From: Octopus bimaculoides
Taxonomy: Eukaryota
DNA length: 64,000 nucleotides
NCBI RefSeq assembly: GCF_001194135.2
Contig: NC_068982.1
Coordinates: 183,273,704-183,337,703, forward strand
Reading direction: 5' to 3'
The translations under genes and the position numbers were made by a program. Below are positions 28,410 through 39,559 of this stretch, in pieces (positions within the stretch are counted from its first letter, which is position 1; each line of letters starts with the position of its first letter). The notes below the pieces were generated by a model that searched no databases, was not told the origin of the DNA, and saw only the letters and a list, made by a program, of their open reading frames with translations.

Positions 28410-28830
28410 CTTCAGAGTGAAAGGCAATTCATACAATGCTTGTGTATGAAATACAATGGGCCCCATAATGCAGAGGACATGCAAAGACTAGAAAGAAATG
28501 AAGCTAGTATATTCTGATGGATGAGGAATGATGGATGTGCGTGTGTGCAACCAAATGTAAATTTATCAAAAGAAAAATTAGGATTAAGAGGAATCAGATG
28601 TAGTGTGCAAGAAAGAAGGCTATACTGGCATGGTCATTGCGGTGCTTATGGCTGATGATAATTGTATAAAGAAGTGTCAGTCATTAGGTGTGGATGGAAC
28701 TAGTAGAAGAGAGAAGACATGGGGAAAAGTGGTGAAGTCTGATCTCAAGACGTTGACTCTCACAGTGAAGATGAAAAAAGACCAAGATGATTACATTTTG
28801 CTATGCTCAATAAGACCCATCTGTCAAGAC
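28410..28830 (+). mobile_element. RTE-clade LINE 3' fragment, degraded
   Basis: Broken translation LRVKG..Y.AC...[13 protein letters not shown]...CIKKCQSLGVDGTSRREKTWGKVVKSDL, the RTE C-terminal G.R.RGRPRKTW motif region. Confidence 0.75.
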
Positions 28831-28869
28831 AAAAGTGAAGTTTTAAAAGCCTTTGGCCTACATCTATAG

Positions 28870-29700
28870 CTTCACTGGATCACACTCCTACACTTAATCT
28901 GTCCCTACCATTTTCCCTACCTCTCATCTTCCTCATATTCATCCCTGTGTCACTCATTTAACTATGGCACTATTCAGGGGCTGAAACCATATGATAACTA
29001 AATCTGCACTTATTACTTTCTCCTTTGTATCACTAATTATTCTCTCTCTCTCTCTCTCTGGAAACACTTCCTTTAGCATATATCCCTCATTCTCAATAAC
29101 ATCCTTTCTCTATTTTCTGTTGATTACCTTTCTGTGCTTCTAGCTATCTCTACATTTCCTCTGAGTTACATCTTAAGACTGCCACACTTAATCTTTAACA
29201 TATCTGCTATTGCTCTGAACACCCTCCTAAATCTTCCAGCAATGCCTGCCACCTCTGACCTCCTCTCATTATAACTACCACTACATACCTCTGACCTCCA
29301 TCTCTGCCCCTGTACATCCTTCTGTCTCCCACACTCCGCCATCCACACATCATCTCACTGTTTTCTAATCTATCTATAGGTTTTCCTTATTTTCAGGTTC
29401 ATTATTTTCTCCACCCTTTCTGTACAACTTCTCACCTTCTCCTTCCTGAGTTATTTCGGTTAGCTTCAGCCCCATACTAATATTTGCCATTAAGTACACT
29501 TCCACCCTTATACATTATTTTCTACAATGACCGCTACACCCATTTCTAACCAACCTTTCAATCCTCTCTCTTACACTCATCTTGTACCTTGAGAATATGC
29601 TCTCACATTCCATCACCCATATGTTTATCTTTTCTCCAGCTACTCCCATGAACTCCTTTATGGCATGAAGCAGCCACGTATCTCTTCTATTGCAAAACAC
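28870..29700 (-). mobile_element. Heavily degraded LINE fragment, probably RTE-type endonuclease region
   Basis: Purine-rich minus strand with broken frames resembling the ISAYAP...EKE.FW..L region of RTE APE domains; multiple stops. Confidence 0.4.
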
Positions 29701-29799
29701 CTATGCTTGTCCCTCTGTCACACTTTAGCCTCTCAACACCTGGCATAGAGTTACCTCCCTCTCTTTCACAATACCATTTGGTTGAGGTGAAGGGGGGGT

Positions 29800-30069
29800 A
29801 TCGTTGCCAGTGCCCTGGACTGGCTCCTGTACAAGTGGCATGTAAAGTACACCATTTTGAGCGTGGCCGTTGCCAGTACCACCTGACTGGCCTTCGTGCC
29901 GGTGGTACGTAAAAGCACCCACTACACTCTCATAGTGGTTGACGTTAGGAAGGGCATCCAGCTGTAGAAACTCTGCCAAATCAGATTGGAGCCTGGTGCA
30001 GCCATCTGGTTTCACCAGTCCTCAGTCAAATCGTCCAACCCATGCTAGCATGGAAAGCGGACGTTAAAC

Positions 30070-30108
<39 letters not shown>

Positions 30109-30360
30109 AAGTTACTTGGTGTCCTCATTGGTGTGGGTGTCACAAAAGAAGCACCCAGTACACTTTCGAGAGTGATTGCAATTAGGAAGAGCATCCAGCC
30201 AGTAGAAACCATGATAATGCAGACAGTTGGAGCTTTATGCAGTTCTTCCGTTCTGTTGGATCCCGTCAAGCCATCCAACCCATGCCAGTATGAAAGACAG
30301 ACATTAAATGATGATGACGATGACGACGACGATGATGATGATGCTCACGATGATGATGAT
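29800..30360 (+). mobile_element. Two tandem family B retroposons, each ending in (GAT)n
   Basis: Both end ...gcatggaaagcggacgttaaacgatgatgat or a degenerate equivalent. Confidence 0.8.
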
Positions 30361-31994
30361 ATGTAGTTTAATATATTGATATCATTAGCAACCATTACAT
30401 ATAAGATGGATTATATTTGATACAGCAATATCATTAGCAAGTATTATATAAATAGCTGGCTTGATATAGTCATTAACAGGGTTTCATACAGTGATACCAC
30501 ACACACTGATAAAATGATTTCAGTAGTAATAGTTACTAGGTTTGCTGTGGGATAAATTATGGCAAATATTTTTCCATCCTTGGCTTATTGTTGTTGTTGC
30601 TGCTGTTTCTGTTGTAGCTCTGGTTATTGCTATAACTATTATCCTTTAGTTACTCCAACCATCTACCCATCAAAACAACCACCGCTGCCACCCCAGTCCC
30701 TTACCCGTCCTCATACTTCTGGCTGTTGTCCTCCTCAGTAAAGCTAATACAGAAAGCAATAGGGTGAAGAAGTCAACCAGCCAGCCTGCCTGCCAGCCAG
30801 CCAGTAGTGAATCACTCTGTACATCACTACCACCACCACTATCGCAGCTACTAATACTACTGCTGCTGCAGCTGCTACTACTACTACAGATACGGCACTG
30901 CTGCTGCGGCTACTACTACTACTACTGCTGCTGCTGCTGTTACTACTATTACTATTGTTACTGTGTCTGTAGCCAGAGGGCCATGTCTCGCCTGTCTGTC
31001 TATCTTATATAGCAACTGTGCAGTAGTGATGGTGCTGCTACTGATGATGGTGGTGCAGTGGGGTGGGGAGGTGTAAAAGTAGGTTAGTGGTAGTTGTGTC
31101 AGAGAGGAGGAGAGAATGAGAGAGAGGGGGGAGGGGCGAGCTAAAAGACAATAGTAGTAATGAATGAGTAACGGGAGGAATAGGAAGAGAGAATACGGGA
31201 GGGGAATCAGAGAAAAGGAGAGTGTTTGACGGGGAAGTGAAAGGTACAGATGATAGAAAGAGAGAGAGCGTTAGAGGGGATATAGATGATAAAGAGAATG
31301 TGAGAGAAGGACAGAAACGATGGGGAGAGAGAGAGAGAGAAAGAGAAGAAGATCGTAAAAAAAAGGGGCATAGAGACGAGAGTGAGAGAGAGAGAGAGAG
31401 TGTGAGAGGGAGGACCGAGATAATAGTGTGAGAAGAGGATAGAAAAGGAAGAGAGGATGTTAGTAAAATCCAAGAGAGAAGGTGCGATTGACTCGTTGGA
31501 TGAGAGAGGATGAAGAATAGAGAGAAATGAAATTGTAGATGAAAAAGATGAGAGAAGATAACAGAGTGAAGAGTGAAAGAAAATTAGAATGATAGAGACA
31601 GAAATTGAAGGAAGTAGATGTTATTTTTGGTGGTGGTGATGGTAGTAGTAGTAGTAGTAGTAGTAGTAGCAGCAGCTTTGTGGTGGTGGTGATTGTGATA
31701 GCGATTATGAAATAATGTTTATTGTTGGATATGTTCTCGAAGTGGTGGTGACTGTTGTATAAATAATGATGATGGTGATGATGGTGAACATGGTGATGGT
31801 GATTGTTGTGTTGATGTCTGTTGAAACAGCCGAACGATAAAATATAAACAAGTGTTTGAGTGATCGATTTGATTAAGTAGACAAAGTGAGAGAAAGAGAG
31901 AGAGAGAGTAAGAGAGAAGACAGTCGGGTACGGTATATGAGTGTGAGTATGACAGATTATAAAGATATGTGAAAGTTGTAATAGAAACATAATA

Positions 31995-32250
31995 AAGACG
32001 ACAGAGATCGAACGAAGAGTGGCAGACGACAGAGATAGTTGTGAGTGCTAGAAGACAGAGACAATGTGTGACAGACGACAAAAACACAACAATGTGAGTG
32101 AGACAAACGGCTGACATAATTAATGTGAGTGTGACAGACAACAAAGACACAATGTGAGTGTGACAGTGTGTGAGAGATTGAGTGTGAGTGTAACAGACGA
32201 CAGACAAGCTGTGAGTGTTGGAGACGTCAGAGATAGAGTGCGATGACAGA
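31995..32250. repeat. Diverged about 30-bp tandem repeat
   Basis: Repeating tgtgagtgtgacagacgaca(a/g)aga. Confidence 0.6.
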
Positions 32251-33849
32251 AAGTGTAAGTGAAATCAGGCAAGTTATATACACGGACAGACGGGGAGTGA
32301 ATGAAATGACAAATGTCGGTCAGACATCAATAGTTCACAGTCAGACAAACATAATGTGCTATGTATACAATAAAGGTGTGGAAATTAATAACAATAACCT
32401 TAGCCTTATTGCAGGTGACGGACATTTAATGTAATATAACAAATAACGAACGCGCGCGCGTGTGTGTGTGTGTGTGTGTGTGGTAGTATATCAGACGACC
32501 TGTATCAATGATATTTAGTCATTAAAGAGACATCTAACGAACGCATTCCATCTTTTATTATGCTACATTAAATATCCGTCACCTACATCACACCTCCATT
32601 TTACATTAGAGTCGCTATGTGATCAATCGCTCTATCTGCTAGAAACGGCAACCGAATCCCTCTCAAATTACACTCGACAGTCTTCAAGTTAAAAGCGACA
32701 CATTGGATAATATAGTTCTAGAAACACATCGCCAGAAAGAAGAACAAGATGGTCATAGTTGGAACGCTTTTTTATCATTGTTTTTCAGTTAAGGCTTACC
32801 TGGGGTTAAACAGCATTGCAACACTCATCATTCAGCATGTTGCGATGGAACAGACGAGAGTATTACAACAGACTTCACAGTCCAAAGTTCCCAAAACACC
32901 GGTTTAAAACGACAAACCGCACCCCCCCTCTCTCTGAGTGAAGATGGAGATAGAAGTTCTGAACTTCAGTCAAATCAGTTTTATGAAAAGTAATTTAGGG
33001 TTGCTGCTGTTGGTATGACGTTAATGGAAGACTTTAGATTCCGATAAGTCGAACCGAAAACTGAGAGTAACTAGATGTGGGGAATCTGAGGTCTTTTATT
33101 CTGGTGTATCCTTTGTATCTATACGTTTTTAGCATTTGCCTTGGAGTGCCCCGTGTAGCTATAAAGATATGAGGTTAGCCCTGATATTAGTGTTTTGCAT
33201 TCTGAGTTCAAATCTCAAGGGGATTAGTTTCGTATTTCATCCCTCTAGCGTCTATAAACTAAAGTACCTGTGAAGTACAGGAGTCTATTTAATCGTCGAA
33301 ACGTTTACCTCAAATTTGAAAATTTGTAACCATTGTTAACAATCATGGCTAAGTGGAAGGTGGTACATGTGCGTTATGGTACTTAGTACTGCCCTTTTCG
33401 TTCTGAGTTCGAATTCCAGGAAGGTTAATTTTTGCATTTCATTATTCTGGAACTATTATTTTTTAGCTGAAGATCACTTTTGAACACCATCGTTCAAGCC
33501 ATGACAAATCCGTCTTTTTGCATATTCAAGACTATGGTTTGAGAGGAATGTGGTCATTAATTGTAGCGCACGAAAGAAACTCGCCAATGATCCCTTTAAT
33601 TTATTTTCATATTAGAAACCATTGTCACATAGGAGTAGCAGGAATTGTAGATGTTAAGATTAAATATCAGACATTTCATTATGTTCTTACTTCAGAAACC
33701 TCAAAGATCGAATAAGTGTAGGCACGCATTTGTTTGTAACGTTTTAGCTAATGCTTTAAAATATCATACTCGAAGATACTATCCATACAGAAAGACAAAC
33801 GAGGAAACCATGTACATACACAAAAATTTCAAGAGTTTGTAATCTATCC

Positions 33850-34134
33850 TCAGACAGCAATATTTTAACAGGATTGACGCTTATTTCATTAATGCAAAAT
33901 CAAAAAGTGATTTTAAAAAGAAATATCTATGAAGGAACACTTCAACACAACGGTTAAAAGAGGAAAATAATCTAGTTCAATCCTCCATTTAGCATGGATG
34001 CAGCCACCAACAATGATCGTAATTCTTTATCCCCAATAAGACGCCTTTTTTCACATAGGAGCAAATTCAACAAAGTCTTCAATGCTAATAACGTTAATGT
34101 CGACAGTTCTTGTCTAGATAATATTGCTTCTTAG
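33850..34134 (+). pseudogene. Possible degraded DNA-transposase (hAT-like) remnant
   Basis: Frame FSMDAATNNDRNSLSPIRRLFSHRSKFNKVF (33994-34134) resembles the first catalytic-Asp segment S..xDASNH..K.FP..VRYF of hAT-type transposases; upstream frames are broken. Confidence 0.3.
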
Positions 34135-34619
34135 ATCTCACACTACTGCTTAAGGTAGTTCCTAGCCCAACAACCAACTTGTTATTACATAAGCTCTTCA
34201 ATCTAGCCGCTTAGAGGAGCGTACTTCTCCAAAGTAATCTATTAAACGAAACTCGCTGCAAACACGCTCAAAAACCGATACAACCAACAAAAACGCTGAT
34301 TCAGACAGAAAAACAAAAAGAATATAACTTAATACATCACGAAAAGAGCTACTCTTTATAAGAATGACGCATGAAAATGTAAGCTGTTTGACTGGGAGAT
34401 TCCAGATCCTGAAAGAGTCAGCGATATTGCTGAACAGAAGAAACATCCTTTGTAGACAACTTCCACCTGTCTAAAGTACCCGCAGAATTTCCATAATCAT
34501 CAGATCCACAACAAACATTACAGTTACATGTCAAATTGAAGTGTTCTTTCCCAACAACACAATAAATCAACAGCGGCAAAGTTATCTACAACTAGCTAAC
34601 GCAAGCTACCACCTTGACA

Positions 34620-34725
34620 AGTCTCAACCAATGAGAATCGTCTGAACCAATATCTCATCAAGGCATCTCTTCGTCCAGTTCATTTCACCACTACCTGAAT
34701 GAAAGCGAGTAGTGGAAAAGTGAGT
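34620..34725 (+). promoter_or_regulatory. Candidate Pol II promoter and short first exon
   Basis: Two CCAAT boxes (34628-34632 in AACCAATGAG, and 34647-34651), Inr-like TCATTT at 34680-34685, donor |gtgagt at 34720. It sits within a CpG-retaining zone (about 32400-35150). Confidence 0.3.
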
Positions 34726-34934
34726 AAAAACGGAGTGAATCAATTAGGTCTTCCCTAATACATCAACATCATTTATAAAGAACTTTTTTCTTTTGTTTGT
34801 AACCAAAACACGAGCATATGCGTGTTGTGTGTGCCGATAGATAGATATTAACCTCCATTCACTTGCTTTCTACCGAGTGAAACAGAAAGGCATATTTTAA
34901 GACTCGCAGACCGACATGTGAAGGTGTAAGGTGA

Positions 34935-34971
<37 letters not shown>

Positions 34972-35291
34972 TGGTTTCTGTGACAAAACACTTCCGACCT
35001 TATAACTCATCCTCCACCCTATCAGCTACTGTTGTTCCCCTACACCCTATCTTCACATAAACACTGCAACCAGAGGTGGGGGTGGGGTGACGTAGGTGAT
35101 GAGACAGTGACAGGGAAGAGGGGAGACGGAATAAACCCCCTCTTCCTGTCTTTTTTTTTACTGCTGCCATTACCTTTTGTGTGAAGCATTGTGTTAATTT
35201 AGTTGGATGGAAGCGGTGTTCTTTATGGTGATGGTGACGTTCCAGATAGTGGGGGTTGTAGTGTTAATTGGTCATCACAGTGGTGACGGTG

Positions 35292-35323
<32 letters not shown>

Positions 35324-35747
35324 TGCGGTGGAGTCGTTGTTAATGGTGGTAGTGATAGCAGCAATGACTGTTGTAATCTAGTATTGTTACTAACACTGAT
35401 ATTGTGTCATGATACTGTTGTTATGACTAAACTGTTATTGTTGTGGCTTTTGTCACTGCTGCTATGACTAATCTTATGATTGTTTTTGTTGTTGCTATGA
35501 CTGAACTGCTGTTGCCGTAACTTTTGTTACTCTTCCTATGACTGCTCTTAGGACTTCCTTAATATGCTTCTTGCAGTGACTGTCACTTATTTTATTATAT
35601 ACCAGCGTCACCAACACTACCACATCGTGAACATCATCTCAGCTTGCACTATAACAACCACCATCATTGCCACTATCACTATCACCACCACCATCATCAG
35701 TAGACTTCACCAACACCACCAACATCAATACATAAAAGCTGAGTATC

Positions 35748-35885
35748 AAATTTATTTTTCAAAGGAAGAAGTTGACAACAACTTCAAAGTTTCACCATGG
35801 GCCAGCTTTATCAGACTGTTGACAAAACCAGCCCACCAAGAAACTTCGATGTCGCTGTCAACATTTTCCTTGCAAAAATATATTT
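35748..35885 (-). ncRNA. Long imperfect fold-back, candidate hairpin RNA
   Basis: 67-nt arms (35748-35814 and 35819-35885) with a 4-nt loop; 49 Watson-Crick pairs plus 9 G-U on the minus strand (58/67) versus 2 G-U on the plus strand (51/67). Confidence 0.45.
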
Positions 35886-35922
35886 CTTTGTCCATTGAAG
35901 CACTGTTTAAGATGTAACTTAC

Positions 35923-36006
35923 TGAGTATTCGTAACGTTTAATAGCTCCTAGTATGATACTGCTGATGACAATGGTTGGCATGGTAACAAGCTTGTCATA
36001 GATGTT
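35923..36006 (-). CDS. Candidate internal exon (84 nt, phase 0-0): NIYDKLVTMPTIVISSIILGAIKRYEYS
   Basis: Donor TCA|gtaagt is consensus; acceptor gttgtgctacag|A is weaker. The other two frames contain stops. Strand and phase are compatible with exon 50475-50615. Confidence 0.3.
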
Positions 36007-36055
36007 CTGTAGCACAACGTCTATCTTATTAGAGTTGATTGAAATAACACAGATC

Positions 36056-36186
36056 AGCAATCCTCAGTCTTTTTGTTGCACCACAGACCAGTTTCATGCA
36101 AGGCAATTTTTCCAAAGACTGGGGGATCAAGCCCATAACAAATCTCAACAAAGTGCACAATATGTAATTTAATTATTACAAATATA

Positions 36187-36218
<32 letters not shown>

Positions 36219-37550
36219 NNNNNNNNNNNNNNNNNNNNNNNNNNNNNNNNNNNNNNNNNNNNNNNNNNNNNNNNNNNNNNNNNNNNNNNNNNNNNNNNNN
36301 NNNNNNNNNNNNNNNNNNNNNNNNNNNNNNNNNNNNNNNNNNNNNNNNNNNNNNNNNNNNNNNNNNNNNNNNNNNNNNNNNNNNNNNNNNNNNNNNNNNN
36401 NNNNNNNNNNNNNNNNNNNNNNNNNNNNNNNNNNNNNNNNNNNNNNNNNNNNNNNNNNNNNNNNNNNNNNNNNNNNNNNNNNNNNNNNNNNNNNNNNNNN
36501 NNNNNNNNNNNNNNNNNNNNNNNNNNNNNNNNNNNNNNNNNNNNNNNNNNNNNNNNNNNNNNNNNNNNNNNNNNNNNNNNNNNNNNNNNNNNNNNNNNNN
36601 NNNNNNNNNNNNNNNNNNNNNNNNNNNNNNNNNNNNNNNNNNNNNNNNNNNNNNNNNNNNNNNNNNNNNNNNNNNNNNNNNNNNNNNNNNNNNNNNNNNN
36701 NNNNNNNNNNNNNNNNNNNNNNNNNNNNNNNNNNNNNNNNNNNNNNNNNNNNNNNNNNNNNNNNNNNNNNNNNNNNNNNNNNNNNNNNNNNNNNNNNNNN
36801 NNNNNNNNNNNNNNNNNNNNNNNNNNNNNNNNNNNNNNNNNNNNNNNNNNNNNNNNNNNNNNNNNNNNNNNNNNNNNNNNNNNNNNNNNNNNNNNNNNNN
36901 NNNNNNNNNNNNNNNNNNNNNNNNNNNNNNNNNNNNNNNNNNNNNNNNNNNNNNNNNNNNNNNNNNNNNNNNNNNNNNNNNNNNNNNNNNNNNNNNNNNN
37001 NNNNNNNNNNNNNNNNNNNNNNNNNNNNNNNNNNNNNNNNNNNNNNNNNNNNNNNNNNNNNNNNNNNNNATATATATTGCAGGTATTATACATATATATA
37101 TATTACATATATAATCTTCAAAGAGACCGTACCAAGTGGTGGTGTTCCATCACCATCGGAACCAAAAACTTCAAAGCCACCAGAAAAGAAAAGAAAGAAA
37201 CCAAACAGCAGGCGAGAAAGGCTCAACAAAACCAACCTCATCCTCCACCAACTTAACTATATAGTCAATGCCATCGACTCTGCTATGCAAGAATTGGTCT
37301 ACTTAATCATCAATGGCATCACCATAAAGGAAGAGTCCCACAAAGAAGAAAATAAATCCTTGGATACAAGACAAAGGTGCCACAGTCGACATATATAAAT
37401 ACATATATTACGTAAAAAAACATCCTGTAAACTGCAATGCTCTATAAAATAGAAAGATATTTTAAAGTTTATGCTTTCTCCTGTGGCCTAGTACTGGTAC
37501 TGGTCCATGGTCTGGTACTGCTTTGTGGCCCAATGGGTGGGGAACTATAC
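36056..37550. mobile_element. Possible disrupted hAT-type non-autonomous element (MER1/Charlie-like ends)
   Basis: Left end cagcaatcctcagtctttttgttgcaccacagaccagtttcatgcaaggcaatttttcca and right end tactggtccatggtc...gtggcccaatgggtggggaacta resemble such termini. Interrupted by (CA)n, an N gap and the RTE fragment. TSD not verified. Confidence 0.3.
37110..37330 (+). mobile_element. RTE/BovB-like LINE C-terminus with CCHH zinc knuckle
   Basis: Reads DRTKWWCSITIGTKNFKATRKEKKETKQQARKAQQNQPHPPPT*LYSQCHRLCYARIGLLNHQWHHH, the DR..W...V..G...FE..R...KR..RK...C..C.R.C..RIGL..H...H tail of RTE LINEs. Confidence 0.8.
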
Positions 37551-37768
37551 TGTAGATTATTGTCACTGTCATAAGTTTATTTGGAAGTGGTTTATAAGTC
37601 ATCTCCTGAATGGACGACAATTGAGAAATTGTTAGCATAAAGTTAATTTCTGCATGGAATAACCTTGGTTCTGAATTTCACTTTCAACCTTATACTGAAT
37701 AGCTTACCATCTATGTGACAACTGCAGTTAATGTCTTTCATCCTGGACGTTTCTGATAGCTTCTTTAA

Positions 37769-38197
37769 CCCTTTAGCATCCAGATTACTCTGTCAAATGT
37801 AATGCTTATTTATACATTATTTTGAATTAACCCTTTACTGTTCAGATTACTGTTAAATGTAATACTTTTTCACTCAAATTGTTTTGAATTAATCATGCAT
37901 TATCTTACAGCTTTGAAGTTTCAATGATGTGATCGTTTATTTTTAGAATGTCAACATAGGTTAGGTGTGAGAAGCTAGATATCACCAGTTTGAATATAAA
38001 ACTTGTAGAATATCTGGGCCAGATATGGCCGGTTTAAACAAAGCATTATCATCTTGTAGCTTCATGATTTCAGTGGGGTGTTTGTATATTTTTAGAATGA
38101 CATTATAGGGTAGCTGTGAGAGGTTGGATATGGCCAGTTTTAACATAAAACAGGTGGAATATTTGGGCTGGATATGGTTGGATTAAATGCTAAAGGG
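37769..38197. mobile_element. piggyBac-like MITE
   Basis: TTAA flanks at 37765-37768 and 38198-38201; perfect 11-bp TIR CCCTTTAGCAT...ATGCTAAAGGG; internal partial duplications of both ends. Confidence 0.8.
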
Positions 38198-38697
38198 TTA
38201 AGTATGACACCGAGATAAAGTGCAAAAGAGTAGGGGTTGAGACACATCCCTGCCCCACTCAAGTGTTTGTTAGAACTGATCGATATCTGTCCTGGTTTCG
38301 GTAGGGTAGCACTCACAACACCCTCATGTGGCAGTGTAGTTAGCTTAACCAGCTTTGCTGGTGGCACAGTATGGCACAGTTTATGGTTCCATTGAGAATA
38401 GCATCATCATTACTAATACTACTATCAAGACCACCACTACTGACAACAACACCATCACAGTCATCACAACCACCATCATCAACAACATTATCATTACTAC
38501 CATCACACCATCACTATGATCATCATCATAGCCACCACCACTGTCTCAGCCACTGCCATTACCACCGCTGTCCCCGTCATCGTCATCACCACCCCTACCT
38601 GCAGTTCAACCTAGTGATGACATCAGAATCACTGACACAGAGAAGACCTGTATTAATGCACCATCATCGTCATCATCACCTCACAACCACTTCCACC

Positions 38698-38731
<34 letters not shown>

Positions 38732-39517
38732 TCCTACTCCCAGCTACATTCTGCCATCCTTCTATTCACCACCGCCCCGCCCTCACCCCTCTCNNNNNNN
38801 NNNNNNNNNNNNNNNNNNNNNNNNNNNNNNNNNNNNNNNNNNNNNNNNNNNNNNNNNNNNNNNNNNNNNNNNNNNNNNNNNNNNNNNNNNNNNNNNNNNN
38901 NNNNNNNNNNNNNNNNNNNNNNNNNNNNNNNNNNNNNNNNNNNNNNNNNNNNNNNNNNNNNNNNNNNNNNNNNNNNNNNNNNNNNNNNNNNNNNNNNNNN
39001 NNNNNNNNNNNNNNNNNNNNNNNNNNNNNNNNNNNNNNNNNNNNNNNNNNNNNNNNNNNNNNNNNNNNNNNNNNNNNNNNNNNNNNNNNNNNNNNNNNNN
39101 NNNNNNNNNNNNNNNNNNNNNNNNNNNNNNNNNNNNNNNNNNNNNNNNNNNNNNNNNNNNNNNNNNNNNNNNNNNNNNNNNNNNNNNNNNNNNNNNNNNN
39201 NNNNNNNNNNNNNNNNNNNNNNNNNNNNNNNNNNNNNNNNNNNNNNNNNNNNNNNNNNNNNNNNNNNNNNNNNNNNNNNNNNNNNNNNNNNNNNNNNNNN
39301 NNNNNNNNNNNNNNNNNNNNNNNNNNNNNNNNNNNNNNNNNNNNNNNNNNNNNNNNNNNNNNNNNNNNNNNNNNNNNNNNNNNNNNNNNNNNNNNNNNAA
39401 AACATTTGTTCGCTTGTCAACACTTAAAACCTGACTACCATCACATACTACAAAGCTATCCTACCTACATCACCTCCATGCAATGTCCTTTTAAACCAAA
39501 ATATGTCATGCACCATA

Positions 39518-39559
<42 letters not shown>

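Noticed and set aside
35752-35900. Prolactin-like WSGL motif (VSWWAGFVNSL) in ORF 35752-36060
   Set aside because: It lies inside the palindrome, whose opposite strand encodes a homologous peptide; the spacing to the putative helix B is about 27 residues too short.
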